Source: Candidatus Eiseniibacteriota bacterium (GTDB lineage Bacteria > Eisenbacteria > RBG-16-71-46). From it: a DNA stretch of 64,000 nt. Positions within the stretch are counted from its first letter, which is position 1. The number at the start of each line of letters is the position of its first letter. The notes under the pieces were generated by a model, which saw only the letters and a list, made by a program, of their open reading frames with translations, was not told where the DNA came from and ran no database searches. Below, one piece after another: positions 54,512 to 64,000 of this stretch. The DNA lies in the NCBI GenBank assembly GCA_963717505.1, contig OY970342.1, forward strand, positions 3,840,001 through 3,904,000, in the 5' to 3' direction. The position numbers and the translations under genes were made by a program.

Positions 54512-55420
54512 ATGAGCTTTGCCACCGATCGCGACTCCGGCTCCTCCCAAGTCGCCCGCTCGTTTCTCGGCGCACTCGAAACCTGGCTGGCCACCGACCG
54601 ATCGCTCTCGGCGCCCGCACTGCGCACAGCACTGGTGCCGTGGCTGCGCACCGCGCAAATGGCGCAGCCGACGATGGCGCTGGTCCATCAACTCGCCGCC
54701 CGGGCCCTCGACGTCGCCGACGCGGGTGTTGCGCGCGAGGACAAGCCGGCCGACCTGCGGTCGGCACTCGCGGCCTCGTGCGCCACCGAGCGCAAGGACC
54801 TCGAGAGCCAGCAGCGCGCGGTCGCACGCACCGCGGCGGCTTTGATCACCAGTCGCGAACCGTGGATCGCCACAGTGTCGGCGAGCGGGGCGGTGCGGGA
54901 TGCCGTGCTCGAATTGCACGCCCAAGGGAGCCAACCGCGCGTCATGATCGGCGAGAGCCGGCCGCGTTACGAGGGCCGCGACCTGTCCGCCGCACTCGCC
55001 GCCGCGGGAATTCCGGTCTGGCTGGTGGTCGACGCCGCACTGCCGCTTCTGGTCGCCGGCGCGCGCATGGCGTGGATCGGCGCCGATGCCGTCACGGATC
55101 GGGGTGTGATCAACAAAGTCGGCTCATTCGCGCTGGCGCTAGCGGCGCGCGAACATTCGGTGCCGGTCTACGCGCTCGCCTCGCGGCGCAAGTTCCTGCC
55201 CGCCGTCACCGGCGCGCTGCGCATCGGCGAGATGCCGCCGGACGAAGTGTGGAAGGACCCGCCCTCCGGCGTGCGCCCGCGCAACGTCTACTTCGAGCTG
55301 GTGCCGTTCGAACTGTTGCGCGGCGTCGTGGTCGAAGACGCGGTGCTCGGCGCCTCCGAGTCGCGCACCGTGGCGTTCGAGCGACCGCTGCCCGACGAAC
55401 TGGCGGCCGCTCCCGCATGA
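54512..55420 (+). CDS. eIF-2B alpha/beta/delta family (R15P isomerase/MtnA fold) protein
   Basis: DRDSGS, QPTMA, TVSAS, ESRPRYEG, GADAV, NKVGS, NVYFE. Confidence 0.85.
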   Translation: MSFATDRDSGSSQVARSFLGALETWLATDRSLSAPALRTALVPWLRTAQMAQPTMALVHQLAARALDVADAGVAREDKPADLRSALAASCATERKDLESQQRAVARTAAALITSREPWIATVSASGAVRDAVLELHAQGSQPRVMIGESRPRYEGRDLSAALAAAGIPVWLVVDAALPLLVAGARMAWIGADAVTDRGVINKVGSFALALAAREHSVPVYALASRRKFLPAVTGALRIGEMPPDEVWKDPPSGVRPRNVYFELVPFELLRGVVVEDAVLGASESRTVAFERPLPDELAAAPA

Positions 55421-55483
55421 GCATCCCGAGCCGGACCGGATCGTGGTGATCCACCCGATGACGTTCGAGGACCTCGACGGCCG

Positions 55484-56038
55484 CTAGCGATCCGAGAACG
55501 AGACGACGATCTTCCCGTTGATGCCCATGTACTGGGCGGCGTCGTCGTGGAACACGTTGTGGATCGAGACATCGGCGCCGAAGCCGATCTTGGACGTGGC
55601 CGGCATGTACAGGAGACCGCCGACGAAACTCAGTCCGACGTCGCCCTCGGTCTCCTCTGCGATCGCCGCCTCGGCCTTCCGGTTGTAGTAGGCCAACGCA
55701 ATCTGGCCGTACGGCAGCATCGGACCGCCACTTCTCCCGCCCAGGTAGCCCGTGAGGTGCGCGCCAACCTGGAGAATGGAGAAGTCCGTGTCTGCCGCGA
55801 GCACCTCACCGCTGGTCGCGCTGTAGAAGAGATCGAAGCCGTAGCCGAAGTCCTTGCGGACCCGGTTGTCGAGCTGCACGCCGCCATCCCACCCGGTGTC
55901 GGCGATCTCGCTGTAGTCGCCGAGGGGCAGGTGCGCGCCGAAGGCGCCGGACAGCAGCCACTCCGGCTGCGCCGATGCGGGGGCAGCCGCGAAAACACAT
56001 CCGAGTGCGATGAACAAGACGAGCCGCTTGCGGTTCAT
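55484..56038 (-). CDS. Small outer-membrane beta-barrel protein
   Basis: Signal peptide, HLPLGDY, PYGQIALAYY, amphipathic strands. Confidence 0.75.
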   Translation of the reverse strand: MNRKRLVLFIALGCVFAAAPASAQPEWLLSGAFGAHLPLGDYSEIADTGWDGGVQLDNRVRKDFGYGFDLFYSATSGEVLAADTDFSILQVGAHLTGYLGGRSGGPMLPYGQIALAYYNRKAEAAIAEETEGDVGLSFVGGLLYMPATSKIGFGADVSIHNVFHDDAAQYMGINGKIVVSFSDR

Positions 56039-56128
56039 GAATTTCTCCCTGAGGGTGAGTCCTTTCCGGCTCCGCGTCGCGGGCGCACCGTACCATCCGT
56101 CACCCATGGGGCCCAAGGGACCAGTGGC

Positions 56129-56587
56129 TCAGCTTCTCGATTCCCGCGAGCGAACCGTGCCACCGACTACCAGCGCCGCGGCAATGATCAGCAGGTTCTT
56201 CACGATGTATTGGCCGGCCAGCGTCAGTCCGTAAGGAAACCGGCCCGGCTGGAACGTCATGTCCGGCAGGAACACCAGCGGCATGAACGTCCCCATCATC
56301 TGACCCGCGAGCAGCGCGATCGCGATTCGTATCGTGCGCCGGAACAGGAACAGCACGCCGATCGTGACTTCCCACCAGCCGATGATCACGAGCCAGGTGT
56401 GCGGCGAGAAGAACGGCAGGCGCTCGACCGTGGCCAGCACCAGCGGCTCGGCCGGAGACAGACCGAGTGGCTTCAGAATCCCGAACCAGACGAACACGAT
56501 CGCGAGCGCGATCTGGAGCGCGCGCACGCCCCAGCGCTGCATGAAGCGCGCGATCTGGAGATCGATCGCGTCGAAGTCGGGTTTCAT
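56129..56587 (-). CDS. DoxX/DUF417 family membrane protein
   Basis: VFVWFGILK, SPAEPLV, GWWEV, TLAGQYIVKN. Confidence 0.85.
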   Translation of the reverse strand: MKPDFDAIDLQIARFMQRWGVRALQIALAIVFVWFGILKPLGLSPAEPLVLATVERLPFFSPHTWLVIIGWWEVTIGVLFLFRRTIRIAIALLAGQMMGTFMPLVFLPDMTFQPGRFPYGLTLAGQYIVKNLLIIAAALVVGGTVRSRESRS

Positions 56588-56633
56588 TCGTCGCTCACCC
56601 GGGAACCCTCACCTCTGTCGGCACCCATCGTTA

Positions 56634-58082
56634 CTACCCCTTCACGACCAGGAACGGCTTGAGCCGCGCGACCGGCTTGGCGAGATCGGCGCCCTCGACC
56701 ACCCGGACGACATCGGCGACGTCTTTGTAGGCTTCGCTCGTTTCCTCGCGAAGCGTGTCGCGCCCTTCGTAGCGAACGGTCACGCCCAGGGCGCGCAGTT
56801 CCTCGACCAGATCGCGGCCCCGAGTCTCGCGCACCGCCTGGGTGCGGCTCATCTGCCGGCCGGCGCCGTGGCAGCTCGAGCCGAACGCGTTGGCCATCGC
56901 GCCCTCGCCGCCGACTAGCACGTACGAGTAACGCCCCATGTCGCCCGGCACCAGCACCGGTTGCCCGATTGCGCGGTAGGCCTCGGGCACGTCCCGGTGC
57001 CCGGCCGGAAATGCGCGCGTCGCGCCTTTGCGGTGCACCAGGCAGCGCACGCGCCCGGCCGACGTCTGATGGGTCTCGAACTTGGCGATGTTGTGGGCGA
57101 CGTCGTAGACCAGACCGAGCCCCATGGACTCGGCGCTGCGGCTCAGCGTGCGCTGGAACGCGCGGCGCACGCCGTCGGCGATGCACTGCCGGTTCGCCCA
57201 CGCGAAGTTGGCGGCGGCGTTCATTGCACCTAGATACGCCTCGGCTTCGGGCGTTCCGAGCGGCGCGCACGCGAGCTGGCGGTCGGGCAGCACGATCCCC
57301 CATCCGGCCAGCTTGTGCGACACGTCGCGAACGTAGTCGGTGCACACCTGGTGGCCGAGTCCGCGCGAGCCGCAGTGAATCATCACGGTCACATTCCCGG
57401 GCTCGAGCCCCATCGCGCCGGCGGCGTCTTCGCGATAGACGGCTTCTACCTCCTGGACTTCCAGGAAGTGGTTGCCCGAGCCGAGTGTCCCCAGCTGATC
57501 CTTGCCACGAGCACGGGCACCCTCGCTGACCTGGGACGGATCGGCGTTGGCGAGCCGACCGCCTTCTTCGCAGTGGTCCAGATCGCTGGCCCAGCCGCGC
57601 CCCTGCGACACCGCCCACGCCGCACCCTGCCTGAGCACATTCATCAGCTCGCCCATCGACAGGCGCACCGCCCCCGACGAACCAACGCCGCACGGCACCT
57701 CGCGAAACAACGCATCGGCCAGGCGTTCCAGGTGCGGGCTCAACTCGTCGCGCGTGAGCCGGGTCCGCATCAGCCGCACGCCACAGCCGATGTCGTAGCC
57801 GACCGCACCCGGCGACACCACGCCACGCTTGGGATCGGTCGCGACCACCCCGCCGACCGGCAGACCGTAGCCCCAATGGGCGTCCGGCATGGCGATCGAG
57901 GCTTCGAGGATCCCCGGCAGGTGCGCAGCGTTTCGCACCTGATCGGGCGTGCGGTCCGAGAGCATGCGTTCGACCAGCGGACGATCGGCGAACAGAATCC
58001 CGGGGACTCGCATGCCGCCGGTCGCCGGAATGCGCCAGCGGAACTCGTCGATTTGCTCGAGTTCAGAGAGCGCGAGCGCCAT
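56634..58082 (-). CDS. rtcB: RtcB RNA ligase (long, archaeal/eukaryote-like form)
   Basis: MPDAHWGYG, GYDIGCG, GTLGSGNHF, IHCGSRG, HNIAK, HRKGAT, SSCHGAGR, EAYKDV. Confidence 0.95.
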   Translation of the reverse strand: MALALSELEQIDEFRWRIPATGGMRVPGILFADRPLVERMLSDRTPDQVRNAAHLPGILEASIAMPDAHWGYGLPVGGVVATDPKRGVVSPGAVGYDIGCGVRLMRTRLTRDELSPHLERLADALFREVPCGVGSSGAVRLSMGELMNVLRQGAAWAVSQGRGWASDLDHCEEGGRLANADPSQVSEGARARGKDQLGTLGSGNHFLEVQEVEAVYREDAAGAMGLEPGNVTVMIHCGSRGLGHQVCTDYVRDVSHKLAGWGIVLPDRQLACAPLGTPEAEAYLGAMNAAANFAWANRQCIADGVRRAFQRTLSRSAESMGLGLVYDVAHNIAKFETHQTSAGRVRCLVHRKGATRAFPAGHRDVPEAYRAIGQPVLVPGDMGRYSYVLVGGEGAMANAFGSSCHGAGRQMSRTQAVRETRGRDLVEELRALGVTVRYEGRDTLREETSEAYKDVADVVRVVEGADLAKPVARLKPFLVVKG

Positions 58083-58084
58083 GG

Positions 58085-59092
58085 TCAGCCCTCGTCGCTG
58101 CGGGTGCGCTGGCTCAGGTAGATGGTCGAAGCGCCGCCGGCGATCAGGCACACACCGACGAACACGCCGAGGAACCGCTCGCTGCTCGCCGGCCAGCGCA
58201 GGTAGACCATCAGCGCGCACACCACCATGACGAAGCCGGCGCCGAGCGTGCCGGACCAATTGCGGATCGGCCGGCTGAACAGGCCGACGGCGAGTTTCGA
58301 GATCCCGTGAAACGCGAGCACCGCGGCGATCAGGACGCCGACGCCGACGACCGCCAGCGATGTGTTGACCAGGAACAGCACCGCGGCCACCAGGTACTGG
58401 ACCGCGAAGAACAGGATGGGAACCGCCGTGCGCAGATCGCGGCCGTGAAACGCGTAGATCGCGTTCGACACGCCGGTCGCGGCGAAGAACACGCCGAGCA
58501 GGATGGTGAACGACACTGCCGAGAAGGCCGGCGCCAGCATCGCGGCGATCCCGGCGAGGATCGCGACCGCGCCCATGCCGATCGAAGCCGGCTCGGTCGG
58601 TGGCACCCAGGCGGTGCGTTCCGGTTTGACCACGACCCCGGGCGCGCCACTCTCCATCAGTTGGCCCGGTTCGAGACTCCATTCGCGTTCCACGCGTCGC
58701 GCCTGGCGCCGCAGCCGGTCGACCCAGTCTTGGCACTGGTTGCTGAAGAACGAGTAATAGTAGCCGTCCTGCTGCCGGCTCAGCGCCTCGCGCATGACCT
58801 CCGGCGCATAGATCCGTCCGGTCAGGAAGTAGCCCGCGCGCTGCAGGTCCTCGAGCGTGTGGATGGGCTTGCCGAAGTCGGCTTCGCTGAAGCGCCTGCC
58901 TTTCTCGCTGTAGCCGATGTCGTCGAGCACGCGATTGCCGTCGATGAAGAACAGCTGCTCATGACGCAGCTCGAGATTGAGGGCGTCGCCGAGCGGGTTG
59001 TTGAGCAGCGGTGCGACCCACGACATCTTTTCGAGGTCGCGCTTGGCGAATCGTGCATACGGCCGTGGCTCGGCGGGCGTGCGCTCGGTCAT
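58085..59092 (-). CDS. Hypothetical fusion: N-terminal permuted papain-like domain + C-terminal HdeD/DUF308 membrane domain
   Basis: RHEQLFF..DIGY ... YSFFSNQCQDW; then six TM helices ending WPASS..FLGVFVGVCLIAGG; ATGA overlap with uvrA. Confidence 0.7.
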   Translation of the reverse strand: MTERTPAEPRPYARFAKRDLEKMSWVAPLLNNPLGDALNLELRHEQLFFIDGNRVLDDIGYSEKGRRFSEADFGKPIHTLEDLQRAGYFLTGRIYAPEVMREALSRQQDGYYYSFFSNQCQDWVDRLRRQARRVEREWSLEPGQLMESGAPGVVVKPERTAWVPPTEPASIGMGAVAILAGIAAMLAPAFSAVSFTILLGVFFAATGVSNAIYAFHGRDLRTAVPILFFAVQYLVAAVLFLVNTSLAVVGVGVLIAAVLAFHGISKLAVGLFSRPIRNWSGTLGAGFVMVVCALMVYLRWPASSERFLGVFVGVCLIAGGASTIYLSQRTRSDEG

Positions 59093-61911
59093 GCGATCTT
59101 GCGTGGCGGATCGGACGCCGTGTCGCGCAGGAAGCGGCCGGTCCAGGACTCCTCTGTGGCGATGATGTCCTCGGGCGCCCCCTCGGCCACCAGGCGCCCT
59201 CCGCGATCCCCGCCGTCCGGGCCCAGGTCGACCACCCAGTCGCAGTTCCGGATCACGTCGAGGTTGTGCTCGACCACGATCACGGTGCCGCCGCGTCCGG
59301 TCAGGCTGTCGAGCACGTCGAGCAGGCGCTGGACGTCGACATAGTGGAGTCCGACGGTCGGTTCGTCGAGCAGGTAGAGGGTTCGGCCCGACTGCTTCTC
59401 CCCCAGCTCGCGCGCGACCTTGAGCCGTTGTGCCTCGCCGCCCGAGAGCTGGTTCGCGGGCTGGCCGAGACGCAGATAGCCGAGGCCGACCTGTCGCAGC
59501 AGGTGGAGGGCCCGAGTAAACCGCGGCTCACGGGCAAAGTGCTCGAACGCCTGGTCGACGGTCAGGTCGAGCGCTTCGCGGATGTTGACGCCGCGGTAGC
59601 GGACCTCGAGCACCTCGGGTCGAAAGCGCGCGCCATCGCAGGTCTCACACGGCACGGTCAGGTCGGCGAGAAAGTACATCTCGACCGTGACCCAGCCGGC
59701 GCCCTGGCAGGTTTCGCACCGGCCGCCGGCCGTGTTGAACGAGAACGCGCCATCCTTGAGTCCACGAGCGAGGGCGGCCGGCTGGCGTGCGTAGATCTGG
59801 CGCAGCGGCGCGTAGGCTCCGAGGTACGACACCGGGCACGAGCGCGGCGTCCGTCCGATCGGCGACTGATCGACCAGGACGACCCGATCGATCGCGTCGA
59901 GCCCGTGGATCGCGCGGTGCGGGCCGGGAGCGTCCGCGATCGTCTCGCCGATCGCGCGCGCGGCGGCGCGGTACAGCACCTCCTCCACCAGGCTGCTCTT
60001 GCCCGAGCCCGAAACCCCGGTCACCGCGGTCAGCCGGCCGAGCGGAAAACGCGCGGTCACGTCCTGGAGGTTGTGGTGGCTCGCCCCCTCGACCGTGAGG
60101 AACTGATTCGGAGTCGACGCGTCCCGCTTTCGGGTGATCTTCTTCTCGCCGCGCAGGTAGCGGGCGGTCTCGGTGTCGACCTGGGCGAGCGCGCCGCCTC
60201 CGCGCCCGGCGTAGAGCACGTGGCCCCCCTGCTCGCCGGCTCCGGGACCCAGATCGACCAGGTGGTGCGCGGCCTGGATCACACGCGGCTCGTGCTCGAC
60301 CACCACCAAGGTGTTCCCGCGCGAGGCCAGCTCGTCGAGAATTTCGATCAGCCGGTCGGTGTCGCGCGGATGGAGGCCGACGGTGGGTTCGTCGAGCACG
60401 TAGAGCGTGTCGGCCAGATTCGCGCCCAGGGCATTGGCCAGCTCGATTCGCTGCGCTTCGCCGCCCGACAGCGTGCGGGTCAGCCGATCGAGCGTCAGAT
60501 AGCCGAGGTCGACCCGCAGTAGAAAACGCACGCGGGAGCTGAGCTCGGTGAACAAGGAGGCGGTGATGGTTCGCTCGCGATCGTCGAGCGAAAGCGCGGC
60601 GATCCACTCGGCGACCTGGACCACGGTCATCGCCGTGACCTCGGCGATCGTGCGGCCGCGCAGCGTGACCGCGAGGGCTTCGGGCCGCACGCGCGCCCCG
60701 CCGCAGCCCGAGCATGGGCGAGCGGTCTGGTACTTCTTGACGATGAAGCGATTGCCGACGTCGTAGGCCTTCTTCTGGAGCCGCTCGAGAAACGGGATCG
60801 CGCCCCGGAAGCCTTCGCCGCCCTCGAGCAGCAGTTTGCGGTCGGCGGCCGGCAGCTTGCGCCACGGCCGATCCATGGGGATTCCGCGTTCACGCGCGAA
60901 CGCTTCGAGCTTGGGCCCGAACACCTTCTTCCACGATCCCGCCCACGGCCGGATCGCGTCGTCGCGCAGGGTGCGGTTCTCGTCGGGAATGATCAACGTC
61001 GGATCGAAGGTCAGGACGTCTCCGAATCCACGACACACCGGGCAGACCCCGAGCGGGCTATTGAACGAGAACAACGCCGGCTCGGGCTGCATCGCGGGTT
61101 CACCGCAGTTCCGGCACTCCCAGCGCTCGGTGCGCGGCTCCGGCTCGCGCGCGCCGCGCACGATCTCGAGCTTGCCTTCGCCTCGGCCGTAGGCCTGTTC
61201 GCACGCCTCGGCCAGCCGGCTCTCCTCGCCCGGTTGCCAGGTGAAGCGATCGGCGATCACCCGAACCTCGCGACTGCCGCGCGGCAAGCTCGGCAGCGGC
61301 TCGAGCGGCGTCACCTGGCCGGCGAGCAGGATGCGCGTGAAGCCCGCCTGCAGCAGGTGATCCGCCTGCTCCTCCCAGGTCGCATGCGCGAGCCGCGGCA
61401 CCCGCGCCAGCACCAGGATCGTCTCCCCCGCCGGCCACGAGACGGCCTCGCGGGTGATGAGGTCCGGCGTGTCGGCGACGATCGGCTCCCGGCAGTTGCG
61501 GCAATGGACCGTGCCGAGCCGCGCGAACAACAGCCGCAGGTAGTCGTGGATCTCGGTGGTCGTCCCGACCGTGGAGCGGGCGCTGCGCGCCGGCGACACC
61601 TGCTGGATGGCCACCGCCGGCGTCAGGCCGGTGATCGAGTCGACCTCGGGGCGCGGAAGCCGGTCCAGGTACTGCTTGGCGTAGGTCGAAACCGACTCGA
61701 CGTAGCGGCGCTGGCCCTCCGCATAGAGGGTATCGAAGGCGAGCGACGACTTTCCCGAGCCGGAGACCCCGGTGATCACGGTGAGCGCGCCGCGCGGCAG
61801 ATCGACGTCCACGCCCTTGAGATTGTGCTGGCGCGCGCCCCGAACCTCGATGACATCGGCGGGGCGCTGGGCAACCGCGGCGGGCTCGGGAGCAGGGGTC
61901 GATGCAGGCAC
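59089..61911 (-). CDS. uvrA: Excinuclease ABC subunit A (divergent paralog-type)
   Basis: [40 protein letters not shown], two LSGGEAQR signatures, CxxC zinc modules; GTG start inferred after TGCTATTCT. Confidence 0.92.
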   Translation of the reverse strand: MPASTPAPEPAAVAQRPADVIEVRGARQHNLKGVDVDLPRGALTVITGVSGSGKSSLAFDTLYAEGQRRYVESVSTYAKQYLDRLPRPEVDSITGLTPAVAIQQVSPARSARSTVGTTTEIHDYLRLLFARLGTVHCRNCREPIVADTPDLITREAVSWPAGETILVLARVPRLAHATWEEQADHLLQAGFTRILLAGQVTPLEPLPSLPRGSREVRVIADRFTWQPGEESRLAEACEQAYGRGEGKLEIVRGAREPEPRTERWECRNCGEPAMQPEPALFSFNSPLGVCPVCRGFGDVLTFDPTLIIPDENRTLRDDAIRPWAGSWKKVFGPKLEAFARERGIPMDRPWRKLPAADRKLLLEGGEGFRGAIPFLERLQKKAYDVGNRFIVKKYQTARPCSGCGGARVRPEALAVTLRGRTIAEVTAMTVVQVAEWIAALSLDDRERTITASLFTELSSRVRFLLRVDLGYLTLDRLTRTLSGGEAQRIELANALGANLADTLYVLDEPTVGLHPRDTDRLIEILDELASRGNTLVVVEHEPRVIQAAHHLVDLGPGAGEQGGHVLYAGRGGGALAQVDTETARYLRGEKKITRKRDASTPNQFLTVEGASHHNLQDVTARFPLGRLTAVTGVSGSGKSSLVEEVLYRAAARAIGETIADAPGPHRAIHGLDAIDRVVLVDQSPIGRTPRSCPVSYLGAYAPLRQIYARQPAALARGLKDGAFSFNTAGGRCETCQGAGWVTVEMYFLADLTVPCETCDGARFRPEVLEVRYRGVNIREALDLTVDQAFEHFAREPRFTRALHLLRQVGLGYLRLGQPANQLSGGEAQRLKVARELGEKQSGRTLYLLDEPTVGLHYVDVQRLLDVLDSLTGRGGTVIVVEHNLDVIRNCDWVVDLGPDGGDRGGRLVAEGAPEDIIATEESWTGRFLRDTASDPPRKIA

Positions 61912-62117
61912 CAGAGGTCGCAGAATAGCAGACGACCCGCCCATCCATGGGCGGGTCGCTGCGCCGAACTGGAGGGAGACGGCCAGCCCTAGCGCAAAAC
62001 CTCCAGCTCCTACTGCGGAGTCCTCGGACACCGACCCGTGACCCCCCACGGCTCCCTTGACCGTGAGCGATCGACGCCCCGGCGCCGCCGCTCCATCGGC
62101 GGCGCTGGATGCGAAGT

Positions 62118-62153
62118 GGGGACTGGCCGGCAGTTACCCGCCAACCAATCCCC
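62118..62153 (-). terminator. Long minus-strand hairpin after the microprotein ORF
   Basis: GGGGATTGGTTGGCGG-GTAA-CTGCCGGCCAGTCCCC; 16-bp stem with G-U pairs valid only on the minus strand; no U tract. Confidence 0.6.
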
Positions 62154-62188
62154 CTCAGGACGTGCCAGGTCCGGAATCTGTATTTGAA

Positions 62189-62257
62189 CTACTTGCGCTT
62201 CTTCGCAGCCTTCTTCTTCGTTCCCTTCTTCTTCGCAGCCTTCTTGCGCTTCGGCAC
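62189..62257 (-). CDS. 22-aa Lys-rich microprotein MPKRKKAAKKKGTKKKAAKKRK
   Basis: SD GGAGGTGA 5 nt before GTG, TAG stop, all Lys codons AAG, downstream hairpin; too short for the ORF track. Confidence 0.75.
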   Translation of the reverse strand: MPKRKKAAKKKGTKKKAAKKRK

Positions 62258-62397
62258 GAAAATCACCTCCCCGACTGTCAGCCTTCGGGGCGCACGGTCC
62301 TTCCGTGGCCACCATCCGTGGTCCGGCTACGCTTCGCGCAGCCCATGCAGCCACGACCGGCCGCTCCCGAGCGCGCCGGATGGCTTCGTTGCACACT

Positions 62398-62416
62398 GCA
62401 AGCACGCCGCGTGCCG
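62398..62416 (-). promoter_or_regulatory. Sigma54-type -24/-12 promoter upstream of the microprotein
   Basis: Minus strand CGGCACGCGGCGTGCTTGC; GG-N10-GC; same GGCAC-N5-GTGCTTGC as at 35657. Confidence 0.6.
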
Positions 62417-62595
62417 TGATCATGAAGTTCGAGCGTGACTTTCAGTATGTGCCGTATTCGCAACACGTAATCATCCGAAATAAGTTCGCGAATCGACCAC
62501 ACCGAATGTGGATCATCTGTGGATCGTCGCTGTAAGTGTCCAAAACGTGGGGAGTTCCGGCTTCGGCGCGCGGCAAGCTTTTGCGGCAACGGTAC

Positions 62596-62626
62596 CTAGA
62601 CGGAAGTGTCTAGTTTCTTGTGAGCG

Positions 62627-62642
<16 letters not shown>
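62596..62642. promoter_or_regulatory. Candidate enhancer (UAS) palindromes
   Basis: CTAGAC-N6-GTCTAG (62596-62613) and GCGTCAAG-ATA-CTTGACGC (62624-62642). Confidence 0.45.

Positions 62643-64000
<1,358 letters not shown>

Noticed and set aside
56634-58736. 700-aa N-terminally extended RtcB
   Set aside because: The extension is an alternative frame of the upstream gene; the RtcB-like sequence begins at ATG 58082
62166-62176. CAGGTCCGGAA resembling SRP RNA helix 8
   Set aside because: The required following GGAAGCAGC and long closing stem are absent
62010-62589. Track ORFs 62010..62423, 62057..62419, 62109..62438, 62278..62589
   Set aside because: No SD or protein-like composition; the region is better explained by the promoter, leader and 22-aa ORF

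Overview
High-GC chromosomal window from a diderm bacterium. Gene order and a FlgD-Ig-type C-terminal domain suggest an FCB-related lineage such as Ca. Eisenbacteria (inference). The core content is mostly on the minus strand: ftsK (5' part), an acyl-CoA dehydrogenase, ahcY/metK, a long conserved cluster (radical SAM-rng-rplU-rpmA-mdh-kdsB-pyrG-kdsA-kdsC-kdsD-lptC-lptB-rpoN-hpf-hprK-Man-type PTS EIIABCD-HPr-EI-PGI/PMI-nucleotidyltransferase-metK), a uvrA-X-rtcB-doxX run and an NtrC-type sigma54 activator. The membrane pyrophosphatase hppA is on the plus strand. Accessory parts are three M16 peptidases, DinB paralogs, several outer-membrane barrels, a vapBC pair and a TonB/ECF/anti-sigma island. 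Genes at about 0.7-1.9, 5.2-7.3 and 23.7-42.6 kb carry dense 1-bp indels, probably assembly errors. The most interesting signals were absent from, or not recognisable in, the ORF track. (i) An unannotated 22-aa Lys-rich microprotein with a perfect SD lies downstream of a sigma54-type promoter and enhancer-like palindromes, among several ANGGA-loop hairpins. (ii) The same GGCAC-N5-GTGCTTGC promoter occurs in front of lptC-lptB-rpoN. (iii) A TGTCAC-N18-GTTCCTT ECF-type promoter occurs twice in the TonB island. (iv) A papain-like His/Cys domain fused to HdeD/DUF308 sits between uvrA and rtcB. (v) An eIF2B-family protein lacks the catalytic Cys. No rRNA, tRNA, CRISPR array or transposase was recognised. 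All family assignments come from reading motifs by eye, without database searches.
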